A stretch of 64,000 nucleotides of DNA from Amphiscolops sp. MND2022 (taxonomy: Eukaryota), in contig OZ076409.1 in NCBI GenBank assembly GCA_964187785.1, positions 96,908,001 to 96,972,000 of the forward strand. The letters run 5' to 3'. Below, piece by piece: positions 25,291 through 38,251 of this stretch. The notes under the pieces are model-generated. The model had not been told where the DNA came from. It saw nothing but the letters and a program-made list of their open reading frames with translations, and did not search any database. How positions within the stretch are numbered: position 1 is the first letter of the stretch; each line of letters begins with the position of its first letter. The position numbers and the translations under genes are program-made.

Positions 25291-26249
25291 CACTAATGAC
25301 TTTGAATTCAATTGAGAGAGACATTTTGCAGACCAGTGTGGCTCGGACAATTGGTCTGTTGATACCTAGCAGTAACCACTGATAACTTAATTAGTTTTTT
25401 AAATGCAATTGGACTACTTTAAATCTGAAAAAGGATTTATCAAAGGTCAACCCCCATCAAAGGTCAACACTTCGATGATAAGGTGCTCGTTGTTGGGTGA
25501 CATTTCAGAATCCTAGAGCCTAATTTTCAGTTCAAAATTGGTCCTTCGTTATTGTGCTTGAGGATAAAGCAAACTCAATCATATTTAATGATTATCATAA
25601 ACATTATCATAATTATAATGATATTTGTAGAGGAATCATGACACAGCCAAGGTTATCTGTCTTCCGAAGCCATCTCAGAGACGATGATCTAGGGTCTTTA
25701 ATTATTTACTGGTTGCTTGAAATAAAATCACTTTACAGATCACGGCTGCTCAAACATGTTAATGTTTAATACAGAGTTTGATAATTAAGTTTTAAACTTT
25801 TTCCTTTAAAGGATTCAGTTTTCTGATGAGAGTTTCGTTTATTAGATCTAATGCGTCGTCTCCGTACGGCTAATTCCAGATCCAAAACATGGGTTTCCAG
25901 TGAACTGCCACGTTTCGGCAATGCAATGAAACTGAAAAAGTTAAACGTGAAACTTGTTGTTTCTTAAAGAGATTCTTTCATGTGGTCCAACCAAGATAAA
26001 CGAAGATAATGACAATTTCCTGCATTGTGAGACAAGATAGTAATGAGACAAGACTGCAATGTGAGTCTGCTGTAGTCAGAGCTTCAACCCGGCTAGCTAT
26101 TTAAATACAATACAGCAAGACGCCGTGTTTACGGAGTTTAGCCACAATTTTTAAACCAAGTCCTAAATCTAGAAAGTGGTAACATTAGCATCGGAAACTG
26201 CAACTGAGCTTTCGATTGATTTTTTTCAACATCAGCAAGAATTCTAGAG

Positions 26250-27070
26250 TTGTTATGTTTGCCGATGACACTGCCGTTATAAGTTCTGGAAGACAACCTG
26301 ACCTTTTGGTGCCTAAATATTTACTGGATTTAACTAAATGGTTCAGTTCCTGTAACCCATTAATGTCGACGACAAAAACGAGGTAATTTCGACCGAATAA
26401 ACCTGCAAATATTAACTTTATATTTCAAAAGCTAGTACATCAAAGTTTTTGCAAGTATCTAGGTATACATCTTGACCAGTGCCTCCGATTTCGAAAGCAT
26501 ATCTACGGAGTATTGGCATTTCCATCAGCAGCCAAAACGAAATTATAGAAAAAATTCGAGGTTACCGCTCAGAGGCGAATCCTATAAGCGATCTTCAGCA
26601 AAAACTATGGATCAGTGAATGATTTTCTGGTTCAGAACAGAATACTTACACTATTCCAGCTCTATGGTTGAGATTGTGAAAGAACTTTTCAAACTAATCG
26701 GTATCGAGGTACAAATGAAATCCTTTGGAAGAATACAACTATGTCAGAAACAAACCACTGTACGCGATGGTGCCAAAAAGGTCTTTTCTAATCAACTCAC
26801 GCCAGAACGTTCACAAAGAGGAAGTCTGTAGATTTCCTGCTCTGTGTAGTGATAAATTGGTTGATGTGGATAGATCTCATCCCGAGAAGTTTGGAAAGTT
26901 GAGTCTGGAAGCTATGTAGCAAAAGATTTGTATATTTTAGACAATAAACATCTCTTCTTAATTTTCCTCCAAGTTTTGCGGTAAAACGTTTATTTTGAGT
27001 CAAAAAGTATGCTCCTTCTTCCATTTTGATGGTGAAAGTAGAGTGACATATAAAATGCTGAGCACTGTTT
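26250..27070 (+). pseudogene. 5'-truncated non-LTR retrotransposon (CR1/L2/Jockey-like) RT C-terminal remnant
   Basis: MFADDTAVISSG at 26255 (RT YADD-type motif) and CKYLGIHLDQCLRFRKHI at ~26450; multiple stops and indels. Confidence 0.8.
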
Positions 27071-28249
27071 TGAATCATGCGAGTGAAATAATTTTATTTT
27101 TCTTTTTTTATTCTCTTCAAAAACAATACTTTGAGAAAACGCCCGATGCCAATGTCGCTTTAAACTCGACTTTCAACAATTTATTCGACGTCCCAAACGA
27201 TATCTTTGCAAAATATTTGCAAAATTCTACTTACTTCGATAGGAAAAAATTTTTCAATAACCAATATATATTAACAGTTAGGTTTGGAATTTGAACACGT
27301 GGGTGTCGATTTGTGAGGTTTGCAGTGGACCCCTTGCAAACAGTTCAGAGAATTGTCAGCATTGTGCGTTCTGCATATTATGACTACAGGAAAACAAAAA
27401 GTCGTGTAACCGTCGAATCGCAAAAAATTGATCGCAAGTTGTTACTGATAAAGTTTCTTGATTCAGTCAATTGACAAATATTATTCACTGAGTTGAAAAT
27501 TATTTCAATTTATTGCTCTGCAACGCAGATAAAAATTATTCTGAAACAACAATAATATTGCAATACAATATTGAACACCCTGATTCAGTCAGAGCGTAAT
27601 GAAACCGATGAAAAGATGAAAATGAAACCATGCCAAGATAAAAGTATAGATAAATCAGGCAAAATATTTTTCAAAACTAGTTAAGATTTTCAAAAATAGC
27701 GGATTTTGTGCAGAGACAACTTGCATAGGACGGAATATCCTGATCTGCGCAAAAAAACAGATTGTGAAAAATGGTCTTCTTTCCCCCTTACAATTTGCGC
27801 GGTGCAAAATTTGTTAGCATTTTTGCAAGTGGTCGGTTTGAAGCGTTGTTAGGCAGGTAAATATATCAGTGGTTATTGCCCGAGGTCACACTTGTGTGAA
27901 AGCTGTTTATTATCATTTTTTGACGTCAGTACTCTTACTCTTCGTAGATAACTAACTTCAATCACAAAAACTTCAAAACAAAATATCTTCAATCACGTCA
28001 TAAACTGCAAATTAGCGTCATTTTCAATGGGCTATTTGAGAAGCGGTGACTACGTCAGATGACTAGTTGAGAGATCAAAGTGTGAATACAACGTGATCGT
28101 GTCGGTAACGAAGTGGGAAATTTCTTCGATATTCAAATTCAATAGTGAACACTGCAGAGTAATTCCACAAGATTTACTACAGGAAGCCCACAGATTTTTC
28201 TTGTTTCTTTTTTTAAAAAAACCCTGCATGCAGGCCTGCAGCATGTAAC

Positions 28250-28665
28250 AAGTTTCAATAAATTGGCGCTTTTATGCCACTTAAAAGGCAAACGGGGAGC
28301 GCATTTAGGATAGTGCAAAGGGTCCCCCTTTCAGTTACTCCATTTTTATCGTAAGATACAAAACAGGACGAGACTATAGGGTTTGAGTTTTTTTTCGGCA
28401 CTGTGCGACTTTTTTTTCGATTTTTTTTTGTTTCCAAAGGGTCCCCCTTCAAGTTTTTTGATATTACAGCAAATTGAAGTTTCAAAAAGCCCAAAGGGTC
28501 TCCCCTTTAAAGTTTTTCGGCACTATGAGACTGGCTCAAAATTCTAATTTTTCGATTTTTCTTTTTTTTCAAAAAACCCAAAGGGTCCCCTCTTTTACAA
28601 TTTCAAAAAGTATATGCTTTTTGAGCCTTAGATATGGCGCCGACTTGAGACGTTCCCGTCTTGTT
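28250..28665 (+). mobile_element. 5'-truncated HINE-like element
   Basis: 3' end gatatggcgccgacttgagacgttcccgtcttgtt; internal gggtccccc repeats. Confidence 0.7.
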
Positions 28666-29269
28666 ATGTTATTTGAAACAAACTTTTTAATATTATTTGC
28701 TCTTATGTTATTTGGGAATTCACCGTTTACACCGCCTTTAATTCTTCTCGGACTAGCGAAAATATAACTACTAAGCGTAGACGAAGTTTCGCATTCGCAT
28801 TTGAATGCACGCGAAGCTCTCAACGAACGAATAATTACCGCATAATTACGAACATTCGCTCGCTTCATCTCAATGACGTAAGCGTACGAAAGCATAATTA
28901 CCACTGGCTCGTTTCATCGCACGAGAATTGAATTGTCGTCGACAGCTTGAGAAATTTAATTCTCACGCTTATAGTCACTGCCGAACAAATATCTGACTCA
29001 TTCAGTATCATGCGAAAAATTTTACTGTAAAAAAGTAGACATCTTCAGATTACCACAATATTCCTGCTACCACGAAAAAAAAATGAATAGTCACACAGTG
29101 CCGAAATTACCAAAGGTGGTCAACTTTGGGTTCGAAAAACGCGCTTTACAAACTGAAAACACTTTTAAAAATTGAAACATCGAATCTCAAGTGAAGAGAA
29201 AAAAATCGTGAAAAATCGTATACAGCGCCGACTTTAAACGTATGCCGTGTTTTCACTTTACCTTAGCCA

Positions 29270-29797
29270 AAATCGGCGCTATATCTAAAGGCTGGAAATT
29301 GTAAAAGGCTCGACTTTTGTGAAACCCCAGTTGGTTGGAAAATATAAAAAAACTGACAGGGGGACCCTTGGGAGATTTAAAAAAATCCGAAAAAATTTTT
29401 TTTAATAATGATATTTTAAAACAGTGTCAAAGTGCCGAAAAATGTTTAAGTAGGAACCCTTTGACTCTGTTTGATATCCATTGTGCTGCAAAGAATCGAA
29501 ACAAACGAATATGAGACCCTTTAGTGCAAACCAAAAAATTTCAAAAAGGTCGCCCAGTGCCGAAACAAATCGAGTGAAAATACTGAAGAGGGTCCTTAGT
29601 ATGTGTTCCAAGTTCTGGGCGTGAATGTTTTTGCTTTGGACGAGGTTCTGGCGTTTCGAGTATGTTTTGGACGTGACATAACGTAGTTCAAGTTGATATT
29701 GTTGAACAAATGAACAAGAAGTGGACCTTATATGTCTAAAAAATCTACCCACTGTAATAGTCGGGCTCATTTTCTACTAAAATGTGCCGACTAAAAA
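29270..29797 (-). mobile_element. Diverged HINE-like element
   Basis: aatcggcgctatatctaaaggct ... gtgccgactaaaaa. Confidence 0.6.
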
Positions 29798-30331
29798 GAC
29801 TACGAATTTATATGAAAAATATTCAGATTCGAATCAATTCCTCGTGTACTTTTGACTTTTGCACACTATTGATAATGTTGAGCTGCTTAAATAATTTTTT
29901 TTAGACAAATTAACAAGAAAAATATCGATACTTTTTTTGTATTTTTAGACAGGGAAACCGTTATTGAACCGAAAGCGTCCACATGCTGTAAATTTTCTGA
30001 AAATTTTTAAATTCACAAAACACAAAAGGGTTTTCGCTTTCGTTTCATGGTTCCTGGTAAGAAAAGAATTAAAAAAAGATTCGATGTTTTATGTTTCTGG
30101 TGAAAATAATACCAGAAGATACCATTCAAGCACAAAGGTCCTCCCTTTGGGTTTTGGTCATACCATGAAAGTGATGAATATTTCAGAAAAATTCTTTGAC
30201 GCTTTAGAGTACTTCTGCTCTTTTTAGGCCTTGCGCGGGCACCCACTTATGCCGTTCCTGTCTTGTTTAAAATTACTGGCGTAATCACTGACCTTGTCAA
30301 AGACAATTGCTTCTGAGCGGATTTGTTGGTA

Positions 30332-30666
30332 CATATAGGACGTTGAAAATTTGTAAAACGACATTCAAATTTGTTTTCCAAAATCAAAAATTAGACAATC
30401 AAAATTAACAAAATTGACATTCAAAATTAGCATACGCTACTATCATGCTACTGAAGAGGAAGAATGAATGAAAATGCTGCTTGGCATAGCGGCGCAATTT
30501 TTCAATCGTAATTACCAGCGGCATGCGAGCAGTGGTTTGCTGAGGGATAACTAAAATTGAATGTCAATTTGGGAATTTTGAATGTCTATTCAGAAAGTTT
30601 AATGTTTCATCTGATTGGTTCGGGAATTTGGAATGTCGTTTTGCAAATTTTCAGCGTCCTACACTG
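30332..30666. mobile_element. Tc1/mariner-type foldback MITE
   Basis: TA flanks; ~35-bp imperfect TIR taggacg.tgaaaatttg.aaaacgacattc plus inner IR aaattgacattcaa / ttgaatgtcaattt. Confidence 0.7.
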
Positions 30667-31391
30667 TATGTAAATGATTCAATTTAGCAACTGTGAAATC
30701 TCAACTGCCATTAAGATAGTTTAGGTTACATTTACCCGAGGCAAAAGTTTCACTTCAGAACGTTAATTATTAAATAGCAGTATTTAGAACGTTTTTAGCA
30801 TATCTACATGATTAGTACTCCAGCCAACTGAATGTCCCTAATGGCAAAATATAAATATAGACTTTTTTAGACTGGAAATTCTTCAACGTGATCGAAAGTT
30901 CAAACGTTTTGACTGCATTTTCGAGCATCAATTATGGAAACGAGAACAAACTTCGAAACGTTTTAGAGAGAGGTTCGCGTTCAATGTAGAAATTGGGGCA
31001 ATGTAGCATACTAAACATCATTTTCTTCCATGTTTTTGTTCAATGGCGAAGAAAAAAGCTGAATAAGTGTTGGAATTTGGGTTATTATTAGGAAATTAAA
31101 ATTCGGTCGGCAACTAATTACGCCTTTTCGGCCTGAAATGCTTTTTTTGAGTGTGGGTTAATGATGCCTTGTTAAAAAACCCAACATATATATATGAAAA
31201 ATTTGGCCCATTTTTCGACTTTTCCCCCAAAATACTGTTTTTTTCTAGTTATTGCGACTTTTCCCAATTTTTATTTTCGCTTATTCAACCAAGAGGTTGG
31301 AGAAATTATGAGGTGATAATTATCAATGGCATAGCAGGAAATGAGCTTTTATGTGGAAGGGAAAAGAATCTAAAGCGCAATTATTTCGTAG

Positions 31392-31508
31392 AGGAAACGT
31401 TTCCATATCATCAGAGGTATTATAAGAAGTCAGAGTGGGAAATCAACGGCTGGGAAATCAGCGGAGATAAAGACCCACAAATAGAAGATTCAAGGGACGA
31501 AGAAGAAG
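31392..31508 (+). CDS. Candidate isolated host-gene exon (117 bp, phase-symmetric)
   Basis: tttcgtAG acceptor, AAG|gtaaaa donor, open frame (E)ETFPYHQRYYKKSEWEINGWEISGDKDPQIEDSRDEEE, purine-rich non-repetitive composition. No partner exons identified. Confidence 0.3.
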
Positions 31509-31633
31509 GTAAAATGCGACTTTGTTCGCATTAACAACCAATATGAACGGAAATATTGAAAATGATATTTGAAAAAGCATCATGAGGTAAATGTCACATT
31601 CAAATATCATACCCCAGACATGTTTTTACAAGT

Positions 31634-32203
31634 AACAAGACGGGAACGTCTAAAGTCAGCGCCATATCTAAGGCTCGAAAAGCGCAAAGTTTTTAAAATC
31701 GTAAAAGGGGGACCCTTCGGGCTTTTTGAAAATCCAGTTTAATGCAAAATATCAAAAAAATCGAAGGGGGACCCTTTGGAGACAATTTTTTTTCGAGAAA
31801 AAAAAACGAAAAATGAGAATTTTGAACAGTCTCATTGTGCCGAAATATTTAAAAGGGCTTTTTGGCCCCTTTGGGTTTTTCGGCACTTTAGTTTGCTGCA
31901 AAATATCAAAAAACTTGAAGTGGGACCCTTTGAAGGCAAAAAAATCGCCAAAAAGTCGCACAGTGCCGAAAAAAATTGAAAGAGGAGACCCTTCAGTCTC
32001 GTACGTTTTCGCAAATGCTCGAAAAAGTTTCTGGCTAAAGCAAGGACACGAACCCGTGACCGCTGGTTTCACCGTAAACCGAGTAAAGTCTGTACTAAAA
32101 AGTGTACATACACGATGAGGTCTGTGGTCTGACGAAAAAAAAAAGAAAAAAACTAGCCACTGTAATAGTCGGACTCTTTTCACTAGAAAAGCGCCGACTA
32201 AAA
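31634..32203 (-). mobile_element. HINE-like element
   Basis: aacaagacgggaacgtctaaagtcagcgcc ... gaaaagcgccgactaaaa. Confidence 0.8.
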
Positions 32204-32464
32204 CAGCAGTATTTGAAGAAAAAATTGAAGTATACATTCCTTAGAACGTTATTTAGTTTACAGAGCTGTTTTGTTTCAAAGTTTTTGGACCTTATTTTTC
32301 ATCAAAAATTGTAAATACGCATTTTAGCTATGGCATTCTAATTATTATCTCATCAAAGTTAATTATCCTTCTTTCGCCAGAGTTTTTCATAGCGAAACGC
32401 AGTTGTACAAGAAATCACACAGCTGTTCATTTTTTTCCAATTATGGATGCAAACATTCAGTATT
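31969..32464 (+). repeat. ~495-bp segment duplicated at 38468-38963 (flanks Gypsy A)
   Basis: Direct repeat with 4 differences counted by eye (3 substitutions, 1 A-run indel). Confidence 0.95.
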
Positions 32465-32669
32465 TGTTGTATACCAATAGAATAAAGAAGTTTGGGAATG
32501 TAATACTGTATTGTACGTAAGATTAAGTTATAGTGTCCACTATATCGTACTACAGATGACATTAAAGTTACTAGCAGGTATGTTATGTAGTTAACATAAA
32601 AGGTCATAGAGTAAGTAAGAATTATGTAACATTGCGTTACTATTGACCTTCAACTGTATTCATGTCACA
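32465..32669 (-). repeat. 3' LTR of Gypsy A
   Basis: 205 bp, one mismatch to 38252-38456; preceded on the minus strand by PPT AGGGGGGAA (32670-32678). Confidence 0.97.
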
Positions 32670-32944
32670 TTCCCCCCTGGTAGGAAGTTATCTAGTATAA
32701 TTGATAACTGTATTTTATAACACAAATTTAGATTACATGTATAAACGAAAAGGTTGTATCAACTCAATTGTTGATAATGAGTCCGTTCAGTTTCTTGTTT
32801 AAGGTTTGACGGTGCTTCTCGCCTCGATACCATGTTACTGGTTTCCTCACGTTCCTCCTGTTTTCTCTTCCGGTCCTCCTCAGTCTGATAGTGTGTTTCC
32901 GCTGGCTTGGCTGTTTATTCGTTTAACGGTGTTTCCTGTAAATA

Positions 32945-35900
32945 TCAGAATGTTACTGGATTTCCGTATCTTATTATCGGATTATTTGTTCTTATTCTAG
33001 AAGATTTTCTAGTTTGTATGTTTGTATTGTTTGTTTCAATTGTATCTGGTAACTCCGTTATTTCAGTTTTTATTTGGTTTTGGTTGTTTTGGTTTTGATT
33101 TTCGTTACCGTTGTTGTCGACGATGGTGATTGTTGTCGGGTCCTCGGCTATTGCCTCCATTGCTTGCTCTAGTTGTTCTTCGTTCATTCTGTCCACGTGG
33201 AGTTTTAGGTTGTTTTCTCCCGGGGTTTTTTCCTTGATTGTCTTCTTTCTTCCTCTTCCGATTTGTATCGGTGGTGTGAAATCAAAGCTGGTTTCCATCC
33301 CCTCTACTGATGTTTCTGCCGTTGGAGTACTTGCTCGTCTTTCATCGGTCTCGGTTTGTGTTTCTTCTTCTTCCTCTTCTTCGTCTTCTGAGTCTGATTG
33401 TATGGATGTCTGGACAAATCTTCCGTCTGTGCCTCGACGGTTTTCTCCTCTTCTTGATAGGGTGTTCTGAAATGAGTTTGGTAATGGTTTACTTATCCGT
33501 TTTTTGTGTATTATTTTATTTGTATCCGTCGTTATTGTGTGTTTGGTTTCAGCTACTGCTGTTTGTGGATTTGTATCGTATTCACTTTCAAATTTGTTTT
33601 TATTTTGTTTTTTCTCTAGGAATTTGTATGGAAGGTTATTACTAACATCGCATTTCAGCTTTCGAGGGGTTTTCATGATGAGTTGATCATATCCTCCTCG
33701 CCCGTTGTTGAACGAGTAGACTTGTAGGGTCTCCGGTTGTGCTGAAACATAATTATTTTTGTCCGTTGGTAAGTTTAAGTAGCTAGTTAATTCCGTTCGT
33801 GGCTTTCGACCATAATGTCTTTCGAACGGTGTTTCTTTAGTTTTTGAGTGGATGGTCATTCGCATTACCATCAGGGACTGGTATAAAGCATCATTTAAGT
33901 TGCATTTGTCTTCTAAATTAGTTCTCATTAAATCTTTCAGTGTTTTTATTCCCCTTTCTACTAGTCCCGTAGCTGTGTGTATATATGATGTGCCATATAT
34001 TAGTTTAATGTGTAGGTTTTTACACATTTGTCAACTCTTTTCCGGTAAAGGCGGTACCTTTATCTGTTCTAATTACTTGTGGGATACCGTTCAGTAGTAT
34101 GTACTGTTGTAGAAAAATTTTCGCTGTTTTGCCTGTAGGAGCTTCACATATGCAGGCTGCCGGCCATCTGCTATACCGGTCAATAGATATCAGTATGTAA
34201 AATCGCCGGTGTTTGAATCTTATTGGTCCGATGAAATCCAATTGGATTTCCTCGTTTGGTTTTTCTACCGGAGGTAAGTAATTTATCTCCGTCATTGGTA
34301 TTTGTGGTTTTATACTCTTACCTGACATTTTGCAGGGAATGCACTCGTTGCATTTCGTCTGAATGTCCTTGTTGAGTTTTGGCCACCAGAAGGGTTTGGC
34401 TGCATGTGTCATCTTGTTGATGGCGGGGTGGCCTTTGTGTAGTAATAAGATGACTGTTTTTCGTAGTGGCTTCGGGATTACTATTTTGTTATTGTAGAAC
34501 ACTACTCCAAATCGTGTCGACATGTTTTTGTGGTGTTCCTTGTATTCGTCTGGTATTTGTTCGTAACTTCTCCTCTCCAGGCATACCAGTGTTTTGATTA
34601 ATTTTTCGTCGTTTGTTGTTTCGTCTGCGATTGTTCTTAAATCGGTTGAAAACTTTTGTTCGGCCTGACGAATGGTTTCTTCTAAGTCCCATTCTTCGTT
34701 GTATTGTACTTTGCTCGCCGTTCCCATTTGTATGTATCGTACACTGGTCGCCCCCAGGTATCTCTTGAAGTTGATCGCCGGTACAGCGATTGTTTGGTCG
34801 GAGTCCGACGACATTGTTTCTGTTTCGTCTTGTTCTTGTGATTGTTGTGTGTTACTGCTTGTCCCGGTGTCGTCCCTTTTTGGCTTCGCTCTGATTTTTT
34901 TGATAACTCTATGGAATTTTCTTTTTCTCTCTAGTTCTTCTTCTGTCTCTCTGCTGTTATTTTCCATTCGTTTCCATAACAATTTGTTTCTTTTCTGCCA
35001 CAGCTCAACTTCGATTCGTTTCTGTTCTGCCCGCAGTGCTCTGGATGGGTTGTATTTTTTCCATTGTCCCTGCGTGAATCTGTAGTCGCCTGGTTTTGTT
35101 ATCTCCTTCCATCTTGTTGTTAATCTCAGTGTTTCTTCCGATGGGTCGTCCTTTTCGATAGATTCGATTGTTTTAATATCCATTCTGTTTTGTACGGTTT
35201 GGTTTGTGTCAGCTGTATTTGAACGTACATTGCTTTTTGAAGATTTCAATGACCACTGTTTGTCTTGTTCGTACTCGCTGAGCTGTATTTTGTTCACGCT
35301 TCTTGTTTGTGATTGGTTGTTTGCTGACGCTGCTACTTCGTCCGTTTGTGCTTCTACTTTCCTTTCATTGGTGATGCTACCGTGTGTGTTAATGAACTCC
35401 AGTAAGGGTATTACGCAATTAATTACGTATTCTTCGTCGTAATTCTCAATTGGCTCCGGCTTTGAAATCGGGTTTCTACTCAAATAATCCGTCAATTTCA
35501 GATGCTTGCCAGCAATGTGCTTTATGTTTATATCAAAGTGTGCTAATCGATCCAACCATCTTGTTAATCTTGCGCTATAAGTTTTATTTGATCTGTTTCG
35601 TTTAATTAGTGGTTCCAGCGCTTGGTGATCGGTTAGTAGCTCAATTGGTTTTCCATAAACATATAAGCGAAAATGCTCCAGTCCCCACACTACTGCTAGT
35701 AGCTCTAGCTCGTTTATCGCATATTTTTTTTCGGTGTCCGATAAAAATCTGCTTGCAAAGCCAACCGGCTTCAGATTTCCGTCTTTTTGTTTTTGCCACA
35801 GTGTAGCGCCTAGTCCCTTTGTACTTGCGTCGGTTGTTAGGATATTTTCTTTATTCGAGTTGTAGTGCGCTAGACATGGCAATTGGGTGATTAATTTCTT

Positions 35901-38238
35901 TAAATTGTTGAACGCTTCTGTTTGTTCTTCTGTCCAGATCCATTCGTTTTGTTTTTTCAGTAGTTTTCTGAGTATATCTGTCTGTGCTGATAGATTTTTG
36001 ATGTATTTTGACAGATATTGTATTGCTCCCAGGAAGGATTTTAGTTCTTTTTCGTTTTATGGTATGTTTATTTTTGTTATTGCTTCCAATTTGTCTTGTA
36101 GTGGTCTGATGCCGTCTTGGTTTATTTGGTGTCCCACCCATTCAGCCTTTCTTGAAAAATTCGCATTTTTTCGGGTGTAGTCTATATCCTGCTTCGTCTA
36201 ATTTTTTCATTGTTTCTTTTACTTCCGACTCGTGTTTCTCTATTGTTCCTTTGGTTACGATTATGATGTCATCTAGCCAAGCGGGGTGTTTGAATTCCAG
36301 TGTTCTGTCTATCCGTTCCTGGAAAATTGTTGGGATGTCCGCCAGTCCGTAAAAGCCTTTCAAGAAACGGTAGTATCCCGTAAAATCTCCGCCTGTAACG
36401 GTGAAAATACATAGATTTCTTGTATTTTTGTTCAATTTGATTTGACCGTAAGCATAATCGAAATCTAGTTTTGTTTTCCATATTTCTCCTTCTTGTTCTT
36501 CCGATATCTTCCGTGATATTCTGGATATTAGCTCTTCCATGTTCGGCATTTGTGCTTTCTTTTTAATTGTTGCTTCGTTTAATTTTCTTGAATCCAGTGC
36601 AATTTTTATTGATTTGTCTTTCTTCACCGTGATGACTGCCGGGCTCACGAAACAATCTTCGGTTGTTTCTGTGGCCCTTTCCAAGTATCCGTTTTTGATT
36701 AGTCTTTTTATTTCTTCCGCTACTTGATTTTGAAGGTGAATTGGTACTGGTCTTCCCGTTTGTTGTATTATTTTTGCGTCTTCTTTCATGTCGATTTTTA
36801 CTTCCAAGTCTTCTATTTCCGTGTTGTTGTAAAATAGATCTTTAAATTCGTTCTTCAGTTTGAGGATCTTCTTTTCAGTTTCGTCCATTTTGATATTGTG
36901 TATTTTGATATCGTCAGTTGTTGTGTTTACTGTTATTCCAAGCCGTTTCATCCAATCTAGTCCCATTAACGGTGTAATGTTTGTTTTGGTAATTAATAGT
37001 TGCAGTTGGAGTGTTGTACTGTTGGTTTTCACCAGTGCTTTTGTTTGTCCCAGGAAATCAATTTTGTTGTCGTTTACGTCTTTGTAATTGGTTTTGAGTT
37101 CTTCCACTTCGGTAATTTTGTTAAATAAGCGTTGTGGTATCAAAGTTACTGGGGACCCGCTGTCTATTATAAATTTTATTGGTGCGTTGTTAACCAATAG
37201 TGTTGCGTGTAGGTACTCTCCGTTCTTTTTGTTGTTATTTATTCTTTGTATTTTATTGTAGTCCCAGTTGTCTTCTTCTGCTGATGATAATACTTTGTCC
37301 ACATGTTGTATTATTTTCGGAAGTCTACACATTTTTTTGTAATGCCCCCTCTTTTTACAATTTCTGCAATCTACCGATTTGGCTGGGCATATGTGTTGTC
37401 TGGACCAGTTAGGTGCTCCGCATTGTCCGCACCGGTTATCTTTGTATCTTGGTTTTTGATACTCCGGTCGTTTTTTGTTTTTGTCGTAACTGGTCCTCTC
37501 TGACCATTTTCTTTTTTTCGACCTTTCTTGTACATGTTTTATGTTCCTTCCGTCATTGGAATTGTTTGAGTCGTTTAATCGGTCATACCTATATTCATGT
37601 ATTAGATCGGTTATCGTTTCAATGGTCATGTTGCTTTTCCGGATTTTCTTTTTGAGTTCGTAGTCTCCCGTTGATCTCCCGATTAAGGATAGGAATTTCG
37701 ATGCAATAAGTTCGGCTGGGGTAACGTTGTCAAATTCGCAGTTTTTCTCGGTCTGCAATATTCGTGTCCAAACGTCTTTAGCCGTTTCATTCGGTTCTCT
37801 CGTTATTCCGAAGAAATCTGCCCGGCTGTGGAATTTGTTTCTTTCTGGTATAAAGTGGAGGCGGAATAATATGTAGAGTTGGTTGATGTTCATTTTGTTT
37901 GGATCGTTGTCTCTCACCGTTTTTGTCATTTCTGTAACGGCTTCTTCTCCCAATGCCCAGATAAAAATGTCTTTTCTTTTTATCTCCAATTCTTCTCGAT
38001 ATTCTTCTAATATCTCTTTGTCTGTTGTCATTGTATTCAAGTCTATTTTCTGGGTCATTTTGACATACTGAGTAAATCGTCGCCACCATAGCTTCGCTTC
38101 TTGTATGGTTTTCTTCTCGAATATTGGTAGTGTTATTTTTTGGTGTGTTGTTGTCCGTCCTTTTTTGTCTCCAGATTCTTCACTTGAAGAGTTTCTGCTA
38201 TTGGATTCTGCGGAGTTGTTTTCGTTCTTTTGACTCAT
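32945..38238 (-). pseudogene. gag-pol polyprotein of Gypsy A (2 frameshifts, 1 nonsense codon)
   Basis: Zn knuckles CGQC..H.C and CRNCKKRGHYKKMC; protease IDSGS; RT KLDFDYAYGQ / WLDD; RNase H TDAS..ELELLAVVW..TDH..DYLSR; integrase HKGH..CIPC, LDFIGP, TDKG, GLVER. Breaks near 36150, 36057-36059 (TAA) and 34030. Confidence 0.95.
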
Positions 38239-38251
38239 GCTGACTGCGCCA
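38238..38251 (-). promoter_or_regulatory. Primer binding site (tRNA-Ser-type) of Gypsy A
   Basis: TGGCGCAGTCAGCA directly after the 5' LTR; complementary to a tRNA 3' end ...UGCUGACUGCG-CCA as in invertebrate tRNA-Ser. Confidence 0.8.

Noticed and set aside
25439..25470. Doubled atcaaaggtcaac (TCF/nuclear-receptor-like sites)
   Set aside because: A single short duplication; too little support for a regulatory call.
32670..33700. env-like gene in the Gypsy elements
   Set aside because: No separate ORF with signal peptide or transmembrane segment on the sense strand; the region is the hydrophilic integrase tail.
36140..36160. Programmed ribosomal frameshift
   Set aside because: Frame breaks fall inside RT/IN and at different positions in A and B, so they are mutations or sequencing errors.
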